53,763 bases of DNA, from contig NC_057757.1 in NCBI RefSeq assembly GCF_004010195.1, positions 6,386,879-6,440,641 of the forward strand. Reading direction: 5' to 3'. The stretch's first letter is position 1. Each line of letters starts with the position of its first letter. The notes under the pieces are model-generated. The model saw nothing but the letters and a program-made list of their open reading frames with translations. It had not been told where the DNA came from and ran no database searches. The translations under genes and the position numbers were made by a program. The DNA comes from Chiloscyllium plagiosum. Its lineage: Eukaryota. Shown one piece after another: positions 13,988-26,428 of the stretch.

Positions 13988-14941
13988 TGAAATAACTGCA
14001 CCGAGCCAATATTCCAGCACCAAGTCACCCATTATTTACGAGTGCACTGTACATGGGCTGTGACCAGCCGGATCAAAGCCAGTCCCTAAACCGAGGAGAC
14101 CTTCTGAATCTCCTGTTCATATTTTTTTAACACACTGACTATAGCACCAGCCAGCACAGAGCCAGTGCTCTAAACTGAGGAGACTCTAAATCTTCTGGTT
14201 ATTTTTTTTTTGAAAAATAAAACACAAACAAGAAAGAAACCCAAACGAAAAAGAAACAACTATCTTTCCTAAACAAGGTCGGGGGGGGGGGGGAGACAGA
14301 GACAAAGAAACTCCTCTTCTCCTCCTCAGTACCAGCAGTAACACACTGACTGTAGCATCTCCTGTTTATTTTGTTTTTTTTTAACATGTGAGACACAGTG
14401 AAAGACAACAAGTGTACGAATCTTTATTCAATTTCCACCACCAGGAAGAAAGGAAACACTCAAGTGGCCAGTGACAAGCAGTGCCCTCCTTAGAGGGCAA
14501 TGCTGTGTGATCGAAGAGTAAGGGATAGAGCACGGGTTAAATCATCTCCTGTTTATTTTTTTTCCTTTCCACACACTACCGCCTAACTGCGGTAGTGTTA
14601 TTTTTTTCCCCAGCACCCATGTTGTGTGTGTGCAAGTCTTTATTCAATATCCACCACCAGGAAGCAAAGAAACACCTGAGTGGCCAGTGACAAGCAGTGC
14701 CCTTCACATCAAATGGCAATGCTGCGTGGTCAAACAGTGAAGGGCAGGGCAGGGGTTAAATCAAAATAGAGTTGGAGGGGGAAATAATGCACTCCACTCC
14801 TTGCGGCACCCACCTCTCACTGAACACCTCATCTCCTGTTTATATCTGACAGCCAGGGCTCCCTGTTGGCCCAGGTTAACAAGCCCAATCGGGGAACTCA
14901 TAATTAATGAGATCCACTTGGCTATGATTCCAATTACTACA
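13988..14941 (-). mobile_element. Solo LTR carrying multiple insertions at its TATA box
   Basis: Minus strand TGTAGTAATT...GTTATTTCA (TG...CA), TATAAA at ~14839-14844, degenerate poly(A) signal near 14032; no clean TSD. Confidence 0.65.
14370..14829 (-). mobile_element. Two tandem 3' fragments of a Tx1-clade non-LTR retrotransposon
   Basis: Homologous segments ~14421-14543 and ~14637-14762, each with AATAAA and an A-tail on the minus strand; 14757-14829 translates VFSERWVPQGVECIISPSNSILI*, resembling a Tx1 ORF2 C-terminus. Confidence 0.7.
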
Positions 14942-16074
14942 TGATCAATGTATTTGTCCTCAAGATTCCTTTGTTCATCCACCTCACCTTTGACTTAATT
15001 TCCAATTTGTGCTACCAAAATGTATGAACTCACATTTATTTGCACTGATGCTTATTTACCGATTATGTGCCCATTCTATAAATAAGTAATTTGCTGCAAC
15101 CTTCCCCAGTATTGGCTATGACCACAACCACAAACAATTATGTTCTGGATTCCAAGTATAACTAGTTAATGTAAATTGTGAACAGCACTGGCTCCAGCAC
15201 ATCCATGTGGAACACCGCCTCTCATTTTCTGCCCCTCTAAATAATTGCTCGTAACTCCCAAGTTCTACTGTCTGCACTGAAGCCAGCCATTCTAATATTT
15301 GACCCCATCTCTGAATTCTCTGGTCTTATTCATTCATCTATTAAGGTGCGTTAAATACTATGGGCTGTGTTACCCAGACGCTCTCCCCTTTTGCTTCTTT
15401 TATCTGCTTGCCATTACTGGGTTCAATAGTAAATCTTCCCTTGTTGAACTTTTTACAAATGGTTTAGATAACATCCTGTGCACATAGTCGGAACTTCATT
15501 TCTTTTTCCCTGTTGCCTATCTCACTGGTTCAATGGATAACAAAGTAGTTCAGGGCTTCCTAAGCTACAGGTCCTGGTCCCTGTTTGGTTGAAGTTGAGA
15601 TTCTGGCTGTTGCTCCAAAAATGGCTGAAAGAGCTCAGACTGAATGTTGACAACTTTAAAACCTCTCATGTTTTTACTGATGGGGGTTGCGTGACCTAAT
15701 GAATCTTTAGGCTTGATCACTGCTACAATCTTTCACCTACTCTCAACCAATGAAAGCCACTTATTTCCTAGTAATCCCTATCATGACAGGTTCCTCCCAA
15801 CACATAATGCCTGCATCATTACAGACAGTGTGTGAATTAGTGTATAAACCCATTTTTAGTAAGATTTCCTCTCACTTTATGCTTAACCATCTCTTTAGAT
15901 TCCAATCCCATTATTTTAATTATCCCGTTCCCATCAACAACCGTTTTTGATTTTTTACTTTCCTATGATATCTTGCCCTTTCCAGTTAGGCTGCTTCTGT
16001 TTCCTGTAGACTCCTCCCCTCTCCCTTACCAACTTAAACTAACGAAATTCGGGGCAGGTTTATCCAAGATTATT

Positions 16075-16995
16075 GAGTCATTCAGCACAGGAACAGACCC
16101 TTCAGTTCAACCATTCCATGCTGAACATATACTAAACTAGTCCCACCTGCCTGCGCTTGGCCCATATCCCTCCAAACCTTTCCTATTCAGGTACTTATCT
16201 AAGTGTCTTTTAAACATTGTAATTGTGCCCACATTGAGTGCACTAATCAGGGGTAAATAGAGGATAATAAAGGAGGGGAATGGGCCTGGGTAGGTTACTC
16301 TTCAGAGGGTCAGTGTGGACTTGTTGGACTGAAGGGCCTGTTTCCACACTGTAGGGATTCTATGATCCACCACTTCCTCAGGAAATTCATTCCACATGTG
16401 AACCGCTCTCCATGTAAAAATTTTGTCCCTCATTTCTTTTAAATCTCTCTCCTCTCACTGCTTAGCCTTGAAATCCCCCATCCTATAGAAAAGACACCTA
16501 CCTATCTATACCCCTCATGATTTAAAAAACGTCCATAAGATCACATCTCGACCTCTTATGCTCCAGTGAAAAAGTCCCAGCCTTTCTTTACAACTCAAAC
16601 CTTTTGTACCCAGCAACATCCCGGTAAATTTTAAAAATTTCATTCATAGGACATGGATGTCACTGGGTAGGCCTGCATTTATTGCCCATCTCTAACTGCC
16701 CAAAGGGCAGTTAAGGGTCAACCACATTGGCTATGGAGTCACATGTAGGCCAGGCAATATAAGGATGGGAGTTTCCTTCCCTAATTGAGATTAGTGAACA
16801 GGATGGGTTTTTAACAGTAATCATTTCATGGTCGTCATGGGACACTTAATTCCAGATTTTTATTGAAGTCAAATTCCACCATTTGCCATGGTGTGATTCA
16901 AACCTCAGTCTCAGAATGTTAACTAGGTCTCTAGATTAACAATCCAGTGCCAATACCACTGGCCATTGCCTCCCCATAAATCTCTTCTGAATCCT
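16075..16995 (-). mobile_element. CR1 3' fragment with nested HE1 tail and SINE (16640-16975)
   Basis: Reverse complement of the CR1 3' region seen elsewhere in the window. Confidence 0.7.
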
Positions 16996-17136
16996 GAAAG
17001 GAATTCAACTCAAAGGCAAAGGAAATCCAAAATTTATTGTTGGTGACTACCAGACAGCGTTAGGATATCACAGATAATGACTGTGTTTTGCAGAAACTAT
17101 GACTGAGGGGTCTGATCAAATAATTTGCATGAACAA

Positions 17137-18419
17137 ACAGCTAATATGCAAATACATCAGCATGCAAAAATATCCAAGATATATTCAGAGTCTCCCATTT
17201 TAGTGAGGAACTCTCTTCCACAGAAATTAGTCACTATTGGGTCATTGAATTTATTCAAGGCAGAGTTAAAAAGATTTTTGATTGACAAAGGATTTGAGGA
17301 AAAGTGGTTAAAGCCACAATCAGATGAGCCATGATTTTACTGAACTTGCTGAGCAGGATTGTGAGGCTGAATAACCTTCTGATCCTACTTCTTATGCACC
17401 ACTTCCAACCTGATATCTACTGGGAAACCACAGAAAGGTCACAGCATAGAGGAAACTATTCAGCTCATTACATCCGTGCTGTCTCCCCGAAGCAGCATTT
17501 CACCAAGTGTCACTTGCTCACCTTCTGGCCCTGCACACCCTTCCTTTTCAGATACGGGTATCCCCTGCTTTTCGAATGTTCGCTTTACACAATTTCACTT
17601 TTACGAAAGACCTACATTAGTACTTGTTTTCACGAATCTGAAGAGGATTTTCGCTTTTACAAAACACAGCAATTCTTTTTCCCATATAAATCTTGCACAT
17701 TTACTTTATGCCATTTTTGGTTTCTGAAAGGTTCCCTAGGTACGCTCTATTTTTGGATAGCGGGGGGTATATGTAATAATCATGGGTACCAATGTGAATC
17801 AAAGACAGCAAACGTGGAACTGCTGCAGATCCATTAACTGATCGAATGTCAGAAACAGGGTCTAAAAAGCTGTATGGCCTACTCCTGATGCTGTTGCAAC
17901 AGCTCCCAAGTATCTAGAATTAATGTCATCTGTTTGAGTTGTCATGCATTATATCTTTTTTTTATAAACACCACTAGTCTGGTTGTAAGCCTGAATGGAA
18001 TGGCATGTAATGTGCTGTCAAAATTATGGCGAGGCTATCTGTCAACACTTGGATAGCCAGATGGTGAAGAAAAGAACTGCAGCTGAATCTTTTTTTTTCA
18101 CTTGCAAGCTTTTGTTTACAGAGAACACATTACAAATCATATACCTCTAACTGATGCCTCTTCCTGACTGCTCATTTTATTCCCCTCTCTATCCAGGAAT
18201 GGAGGGTTTGAGTTGTGGGGAGAGGCTGAGAAGTCTTTCACAGCTAATATGCAAATGCATCAGCATGCAAAAATATCCAAGGAATATTCAGAGTTTCCCA
18301 TTTTAGTGAGGAATTCTCTTCCAACAGAAATTAGTCAATATTGGGTCACTGGGTTTATTCAAGGCAGAGTTAAATAGATTTTTGATTGACACAGGTTTTG
18401 AGGATGACAGAAAAGTGGA
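17137..18419 (+). repeat. Dispersed ~165-180 bp duplication (17137-17300 and 18240-18419)
   Basis: Both copies start ACAGCTAATATGCAAAT.CATCAGCATGCAAAAATATCCAAG and align throughout. Confidence 0.85.
17555..17773. mobile_element. Degenerate Tc1/Tigger-like MITE
   Basis: TA-flanked, with imperfect TIRs CGGGTATCCCCTGCTTTTCGAA / TTTGGATAGCGGGGGGTATATG. Confidence 0.4.
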
Positions 18420-18830
18420 GTTGAAGGGTGACTTTATAGAGGTTTATAAAATCATGAGGGGCATGCTTAGGGTGAATAGGCAAGGTCCTTTCCCTTGACC
18501 ATATAGAGATTTTTAAATTATAAAGTATACATAAGGTGAATAACAGATGTATTTTCCTAGGGTGGGGGATTTCAAGACTCGGGGGGGACATTCTTAAGAT
18601 GCGAGGAGAAAGATTTTAAAAAGACACGAGAGGCATTTTTTTTTACACAGAGTGGTTCATGTGTGGAATGAACTTCCAGAGGAAGTTGTGGATGTGGGCA
18701 CAGTTACAATGTTTAAAAGACATTGGATAAGTACATGAAGAAGAAATGTTTGGAAGGATATGAACCAAGCATAGGCAGGTGGAACTAGTTTAATTTGGGA
18801 TTAAGGTCAGCATGGACTGGTTGGACCAAA
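18190..18830 (+). mobile_element. CR1 3' fragment interrupted by the duplicated segment
   Basis: GGAGGGTTTGAGTT...GAGAGGCTG, then GGTGACTTTATAGAGGTTTATAAAATCATGAGGGG after the insert. Confidence 0.75.
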
Positions 18831-20544
18831 GTGAACGTGCTTTTATTTCAACACCAAGTCTCCTGTGCTTTTTTGCATCTATTAACTACCACCACCAGTA
18901 AATCACCTGTATTTTCCAACTGATTAATTTACATGCAAAGCACACTGACAAGTTCAGCATGCTCATAAATATGTAAGCATTGATGAGTTTCATTAACCAA
19001 CACATAAATAACAAATAATGGATATTATATGACGTGTGATTATTTATGGACCCATACACAGCAACTTCAGGCAAAGGCCAATGCAAGAATAAATACAGAA
19101 ATCCAAACTGATAGCAAAATTTTGTGGGTTTACTAGTCGCTTAGCAAAAATGGTATCTCATGCCCACTTCACCATTGAAATGCATTCAGCTGTGCAAATA
19201 TAGATAAGAATTAAATCTCTCAATCAGAAAACTGGAGCTGGTTTGAAGTGATACAGAGATTCATTTCAGGTTTTGATACATTTAAATGACCTTGGACAAG
19301 CTGTCAGAGGTTCATTCAATAATTGTTAATTACGACCAATGTATCCCTCCGACATCAAAGACTAACTCTTAACATGTTTGCAATCTCATTCCTTCAAGTA
19401 CTAATTGTTGGTTATGTTAGAAGTGCATTTTTTCTGTTGATTTTGTTCCCAATGCAAACTTTATTTCCCTCCTTCTGCACCTATTTTGATAAATCAAGAT
19501 AACTAATTCCTTTTGAGTTCATGCATGGATTAGTTCTTTCAATGATATTAGCCTAGTACACAGCTCCTCAGATCCCAAATGCTGCATTTTCATTTCATCA
19601 GAGCAGATTCAGCTATCACTAAAGGTGAGGCCAATATTTCACATATATATATATTGCCTTTGATGTAAGATTTTACTCTCCTGTCCAAACTTTTATCAGA
19701 AGTAGGAAAAGCTCTTGGAAAAGTATTATGATGTTGAAGGAGGTAGTGGAGAAGCCAAGAGGTGGTGCAGTGCTGCTGTCAGTGTATAGTGGAAGCTTGT
19801 GCATGATCACACCTGTACATAGTGTCTGACAGCCAGAAATACTCCAAAATGCTTGGAAGCAATATTAAGTTAATTTGTCAGGCAATGGTTTAGATACGAT
19901 CCATTAGCTTAATAGATAGGAAATCCACATAATCCACGATGTGAAGGTGGCTCATTGATACAAGATGAAGAGACAGTTGGCAGAGAATGTGTTAATCCCG
20001 ATAGGTTATGGTAACAACACAGAATGTGTTAATCTCAGTTGTTTGTGAAACCATGTTGTTCTTGGGTTAAAGTGTTGAGAAACCTTTCCTTTGGTCATTT
20101 TTAAGTTTTCCTGATCCATCCTCCACTTAAAGGTGGTAGCTGCCAGATGAGGACTGACCCCATTCTCTGACGACTAGGTGAATTGGCCATACTAAATTGC
20201 CCGTAGTGTTAGGTAAGGGGTAAATGTAGGGGTATGGGTGGGTTTCGCTTCGGCGGGTCGGTGTGGACTTGTTGGGCCGAAGGGCCTGTTTCCACACTGT
20301 AATCTAATCTAAATCTAAATCTAAACCACTTTTCAAAGTTGTTTGAATACAGGTAAGGTGCCCAAGATGTCCACCGTTTAGTCTACTTCAGGGTGATTTC
20401 CCAAACACTTGCATAGATAGATGCAAGTCCAGCAATACAGTGACCTCAGAAGAGGTACACTTTATGTGATCTTTATCTTGTCTTGGTCTCTCACCGCTTA
20501 GAACTGCTTTATGCCTTTCCAGAGAGAGAATTTCAATTCTGCAC

Positions 20545-20710
20545 AAATAAAATGACAAAAAAAACTGCAGATGCTGGAATTCAAGGTAGACAAGCAGGAG
20601 GCTGGAAGAACACAGCAAGTCAAGCAGCATCAGGAGGTGGAGAAGTTTAATGTTTCAGATGTAACCCTTCTTCAGGACTAAGGGTTTCACCCAAAATGTT
20701 AACTTCTCTA
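20545..20710 (-). mobile_element. Penelope pLTR remnant with degenerate hammerhead core
   Basis: Homologous to 24292-24417; minus strand CTGAAGA-AGGGTTACATCT-GAAAC. Confidence 0.6.
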
Positions 20711-20897
20711 CAATATGGAAACAGGTCATTTGGCCCAACAAATCCACACTTACCCTCTGAAGAGTAACCCACCCAGACCCATTATCCTACCCTATATTTA
20801 CCCCGGGCTAATGCACCTAACAATATGGTCAATTTACCTAACCTGCACATCTTTCAACTGTGGGAGGAAACCCACACAGACACAGGGAGAACGTGCA

Positions 20898-21770
20898 AAT
20901 GCAACACAGACAATTGCCTGAGGCAGGGATTGAACCCAGGTTCCTGGCACTGTGAGGCAGCAGTGCTAAACACTGAGCTACTGTGCTATCCCTGTATTAA
21001 GGTGCTTTTTTTTTACCTACCAAAAGACAAATTGATGACGAGGCACAAAGGCCAAAGATTATTCTGGGGAGCTAGGTGAAATTGATCCTGGAGATGCTGT
21101 AGTTACGTTTAGATGAGAAATCTATTTGATTTGATTTATTGTCACATCTTCATCAGTACGGTGAAATGTTTTGTTTTGCAAGTAGTACAGACAAACAAGA
21201 CAATGCACATCATAGGGTGTTTAAACAAAGCGAGGTGCATAAAAGCACGATCAACATTTGATTGAAATTGAAATTAGAGGTGCATTCAGCAGCCTTAGCT
21301 GGGAAGAAACTGTTGATGTGTGTTGTGTCTGTGAATGCAACACAGACAATTGCCTGAGGCAGGGATTGAACCCAGGTTCCTGGCACTGTGAGGCAGCAGT
21401 GCTAAACACTGAGCTACTGTGCTATCCCTGTATTAAGGTGCTTTTTTTTTACCTACCAAAAGACAAATTGATGACGAGGCACAAAGGCCAAAGATTACTC
21501 TGGGGAGCTAGGTGAAATTGATCCTGGAGATGCTGTAGTTATGTTTAGATGAGAAATCTATTTGATTTGATTTATTGTCACATCTTCATAAGTACGGTGA
21601 AATGTTTTGTTTTGCAAGCAGTACAGACAAATAAGACAATGCACATCATAGGGTGTTTAAACAAAGCGAGGTGCATAAAAGCAAGATCAACATTTGATTG
21701 AAATTGAAATTAGAGAGGTGCATTCAGCAGCCTTAGCTGGGAAGAAACTGTTGATGTGTGTGTGTCTGTG
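20898..21770 (+). repeat. Near-identical ~436 bp tandem duplication (20898-21333 and 21334-21770)
   Basis: Both copies start AATGCAACACAGACAATTGCCTGAGG and end TGTGTCTGTG; only a few differences. Confidence 0.92.
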
Positions 21771-22045
21771 TGTTCAAGCTTCTGAATCTTCTGCCTGATG
21801 GAAGAGGTTGGAAGACTGTATTACCGGGGTGGGAGGGGTCTTTGATGGTGTTGACAGTCTTTCCGCGGCAACGAGAAGTGTAAATGGAGTCTGTGGATGG
21901 GAGGTTGGCTTCAGTGATGGTCTGGGCTATGCACACAACCTTCTGTAGTTTTCTTACCATCTTGGGCAGAGTAGTATAACGCTGTTATACACTTGGACAA
22001 AATGCTTTCTATTACCCATTTGTAAAGGATTGTGAGGGTCATAAC
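21560..22045 (-). mobile_element. Rex1/Babar-type LINE 3' fragment
   Basis: ORF 21733-21960 KLQKVV.IAQTI...IKDPSHPG...FQPLPSGRRFRSL. Confidence 0.8.
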
Positions 22046-22605
22046 CTCAAGGGGACTGTCAATCAAACAGAACAAGAACACAAATTTCAGCTCTCTCAAG
22101 TCAGCCAATTAGTCCCACTCACTGCCCAATTCTTTCCCCACAGCCCTGAAAACTTTGCTTTTGCAAGCGAAAGTTACTGTTCAACCTGGTTCCATCCACT
22201 GCCCTTTCAGGCAACACATTTCACTCCAATAAACGTAAGTTCCGATTGTTTGGTTTCAGTGTTTAGAGACATTCTCCAGGACGAGTACAAAGAAGTGAGA
22301 GAAACAGCAGACGTGGTTGAGATAAAGTCTGGACCAGTGTTGGGTTGAAAAGAGGAACCTGCAGCTGAATTTGGAGAAATCCTTCAAAGTGCACATGCTC
22401 ACTTTCTCTTCTGTAAGGAAATGAAGCCTTCAGCTTTTGAGGAAGGCATAAGCATTGAACTTCAATGGAAACACAAACAGGGTGCTTATTAGTAAATTAG
22501 CATGACTCTATGACTGAAGTCCTATTTCAGAAGTGAAAAATTACAATTACTGATGGGGTAAAAGTCTGAATCATTTGTGTTTGTCCCATCAATATTCTCT
22601 ACCGG

Positions 22606-22935
22606 TTAGAACCATAGAATCCCTAGTGTGGTAGCAGGCCATTTGGCCCATCAAGTCCACACAGCATTCCACTCAGACACCCCCTCCCTTCCTATAACTG
22701 TACATTTCCCATGGCTAATCCACCTTGGATACTGTGGGTAATTTAGCATGGCTAATTCACCTAACCTGCACATCTTAGCGACTGTGGAAGGAAACCAGAG
22801 CACCTGGAGGAAACCCACGCAGACATGGAGAATGTGCAAACTCCACACAGACACTTGTCCCAAGGGTGGAATTGAACCCGGGTCCCTAACGCTGTGAGGC
22901 AGCAGCGCTAACTACTGAGCCATCATGCTGCCCTT
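22606..22935 (-). mobile_element. HE1-type SINE
   Basis: Reverse complement of the A/B-box head and HE1 body. Confidence 0.8.
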
Positions 22936-23189
22936 GTCCAGGATTCCATATGGCCTCAAGGCTCTTAGCCATTTCCCCAACTTTGACTGATTATTTCCTC
23001 CCACCTGGGTCTGGGCATAATACTCTTTGAAGGGTAAGTGCAGACTTGATGGGCTGAATGACGTCTGTCTGCACTGCAGGGATTTTATGATTCTGCCAAG
23101 TCTTCTAAGTCAAAGTGCTTCTGCAGGAAGTGCTTTCTCAGGGAATCAAAGAATTATAGAGAGCATATAGGAAAGTGGAGGTGAAGCCA

Positions 23190-23730
23190 ATGAGGCCTCT
23201 TCTGGAGTGCTGTGCCCAGTTCTGATTGCCCTATTATAGGAAGGATATTAACATTCTGAGAGGTTTCAGAAGAGATTTACCAGGATGTTGTCAGGAATGA
23301 AGGGTTTGAATTATATGAAGAGGCTGGTTAGACTAGGACATTTTCCACTGGAGCATAGGAGGTTGAGGGGTGACATTAAGGAAGTTTATAAATTAATGAG
23401 GGGTATAGATAGGGTGAATGGCTGGCAGGTCTCCTTTTCCTAGAGTGGGGCATTTCAAGACTAGGGAGCATACTTTTAAGGTGAGAGGAGAAAGATTTAA
23501 AAAAGGTATGAGAGGCAACTTTTTTAAACACAGAGTGGTTCGTGTGTGGAATGAACTAACTGCTAAAGAAAGTGGTGGAGGCGGGTACAGTTACAACATT
23601 TAAAAGACTTTTGGATAAGTACATGAGTAAGAAATGTTTGGTGGGATATGGGCCAAGCACAGGCATGTGGGACTAGTTTGCGATTACGGTCAGCATGGAT
23701 TGGTTGGATCAAAGGGTCTGTTTCCACACG
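23190..23730 (+). mobile_element. CR1 3' fragment
   Basis: KTREHTFKVRGERFKKGMRGNFF..RVVRVWNEL. Confidence 0.8.
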
Positions 23731-24291
23731 GTACGGTCTATCACTGGACTGAATGGTGCAGCAGGTTCAACGAGTCATATAATCAACACCAGCTCCTATT
23801 TCTTGTGAAGATGAGGGAGACAGGCACGGGTAGGTACTTACTATATGGTTTAGCAGCACTAGGTGAATGTACTCCAGTGTGACAACACGAAGATGGTTCT
23901 GGCGAGGGTGAAGGCAGTATTTGCCCTGAGCGGTAGTGGCCCATTGTTAAACGGCAGCTTAGAATTTGGCAATGATGCAGCAATGATGGAACTCCAGGGA
24001 TAGAGGCATTGAAACTTTGGGAGGACACTCTTGGCTTTTTTTTGCAGCACGGTGCATCAACCATGTTTTGGTTGAAATGGAAGAGAGGTCACTGTGGATG
24101 GAAAAAAAGTGGAGTGGAGAGGGTATCATAATCCTGGTGGGAACGATAAAGTCTTTAGTCTGTGAAAGTGAGGTATAGAGTATCTAGAGGATGGGACAAT
24201 GAAATAGGAAAGAATTTTATTTATACAGTACTTTTCACAAACCCATTACATTTACGCCGGACAGACTATGAAGTGCTTTTCATCATTGTTG

Positions 24292-24417
24292 CTGATGAAG
24301 GGGCTTATTCCCGAAACGTCGCCTCTCCTGCTCCTGGATGCTGCCTGACCTGCTGTGCTTTTCCAGCACCACCCTTTTCGACTCTGACTCTCCAGGATCC
24401 GTAGTCCTCACTTTCTC
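24292..24417 (+). mobile_element. Short Penelope pLTR insertion beginning at a hammerhead core, with 12-bp TSD
   Basis: CTGATGA-AG-GGG-CTTATT-CCC-GAAAC-GTC; flanked by CATCATTGTTGC at 24281-24292 and 24418-24429. Confidence 0.8.
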
Positions 24418-24749
24418 CATCATTGTTGCAGTGTGGGAAACAGAGCAGTGAAATCACACATAGCTAGCTTCCAGAAACAGCAACGAGCCAATGAACTGAT
24501 CAACTGCTGTGGTGACACTAGTTTTGAGTAAAGATCAGGTCGAGTTGGTTCTTGATTACAGGAGCGTGGCAGTCAGAGTACCAGGGTCTTTAGTATAACA
24601 GAAATGACCTTGCAGCATCTGAGATTTTTAAGATGGCCCGAGGTGTGAAGAGCAGGGAGTTCAAGGGCAGTAGAGTTCAGGTAAAGCCTGGAGTCAGGTA
24701 GATAAGGGATGAGTATCTCAACAGGTTGGATTGTGATAAAGAGCAAAGA

Positions 24750-25285
24750 ACAGTGCAGCATAGGAAAAGGCCCTTCAGCTCACTAATACTGTGCTGACAC
24801 AGATGCCTTTCTAAACTAAAGGTCTTTTGTCTCTATGTGGTCCGTATTGCTCTATTTTCTGTCTATTTGTATATCTGTCAAGATGCCTCTTAAATGTTGT
24901 TACTGTATCCACTTTCACCATCTCCTCTGGCAACACATTCCAGGCACTTACCATCCTCTGCGTTAAAAAAAACTTGCTTCTCATATCTCCACCTGTCCAC
25001 ACCAGACAACATCCTGCTAAACTGTTTCTCTACCCTCACCAAAGCCTGCATTTCCTTCTTATAGTGCAGCGACCAGAATTGTACACAACATTCCAAATGT
25101 GACCTAACTAAATGTTCTATACAGCTGCAACATGATTTGCTAATTCTTATACGCCATGCCCGACTGATGCTATATCCCTTCTTGACCATTTGTGTTGGCA
25201 CTTTCAGGGAACTGGGGACCTGTACGCCTAGATCCCTCTGTACGTTGTTGCTACTAAGGGTTCTGCCATTGACTGTACCATTCCC
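24750..25285 (-). mobile_element. CR1 3' fragment
   Basis: LVRSHLECCVQFWS...VEKQFSRML; FFLTQRMVSAWNVLPEE. Confidence 0.8.
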
Positions 25286-25804
25286 CAGGTTGTTTTGGTT
25301 TGAATGGAAATCCTACCCCTTTAAGGTTCCAAATTAGGCCCTGTCTCATTAAAGACGGACTTAACATTTTAGAGTTAACAAAGAGAATGTGTCATTTGTT
25401 GACCATGGCTTCTACCAAGTCACTGTTCTGAACAGGTCCAAGATGGATTGGGGAGAGAGGTGATGGATCAAACAGCAGAGCGGGTAGGGAAAGCATCAGT
25501 TGCTGCAGAGGTGGAACGGAAAGTTGTGTTTTGAGAAGTGGGTGTAGGAGAGCAGATTTTCCCTAGACTCAAATAGTAGCCCCATGGAGAAATGGCCAGA
25601 GACAACCACATTGAAGATGGAGCACCAAACCGTACATACCTCTTTGACATGGCAGGAACACCATGTACTAGAATGTTAATAATATTACAGAATAAAAGAA
25701 ATAATCAAGTGGTTGTGTATGTTGTAGCATCTCAGAAGTGGTATTTATTTAAGCAAAATAGTGATTAATATGCTTGTTAAGACATAGCAAATGCCTCCTC
25801 ACAT

Positions 25805-26406
25805 TGTAATGTTAAAAGATTAAATGGGAATATCTCTCTAGACATTAATGTAATATTAAAGGGTTAAACTACCCTGAGTGAACATTCTAGAAGTAGATGG
25901 GGATAACAGTCAGGCAAGAATGCGATGGATCCCCACTCCAATTAGACAGTCATTTGCTACTACTCCCCCTACTATTATCAAATTAAACTATCATTCAATC
26001 TCTTCCATTCAGAAATGCTTTCTAGCCATTCCCTGAAGCTAGGTATGTCACACCTGCATTGTCTTGGGGACTCACTGAGTCAGGAAATGGTCTGCGTAAC
26101 GATTCCCCAGGATTAGGACATTTACATTTTCTCTGCGGATGATCTCATCCTACATTATACCTGGGGTAACATGTGACTATGAAGATGTGACTGGGGGTTG
26201 TCTTGAGTGGCATGTGACGATGGGGGGTGGGGGGAGTGGCCAGAGTCTCTGTGAGCATGACCAATTGACCTGTATAAAGGAGGTGCGTTTTCTTTGTTCA
26301 GTGCCTCTTTTGACTCAACCTCACATGCCAGGGGAGGGGGTCACCTAGCTTGTACAAACTTTTGCAGAAGTTGGTGTGTGTGAGCCCTTGGGAAAAGAAC
26401 CTATCA
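25805..26406 (+). repeat. 5' LTR
   Basis: TG...CA ends; CCAAT (~26261) and TATAAA (~26273); homologous to 35050-35661. Confidence 0.9.
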
Positions 26407-26408
26407 TA

Positions 26409-26428
26409 TGGTGGCAGCAGTGGGATTC
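26409..26428 (+). promoter_or_regulatory. Primer-binding site complementary to tRNA-Leu (AAG/TAG type)
   Basis: TGGTGGCAGCAGTGGGATTC, 2 nt after the LTR; one mismatch to the recalled complement of the vertebrate tRNA-Leu 3' end (TGGTGGCAGCGGTGGGATTC). Confidence 0.85.
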
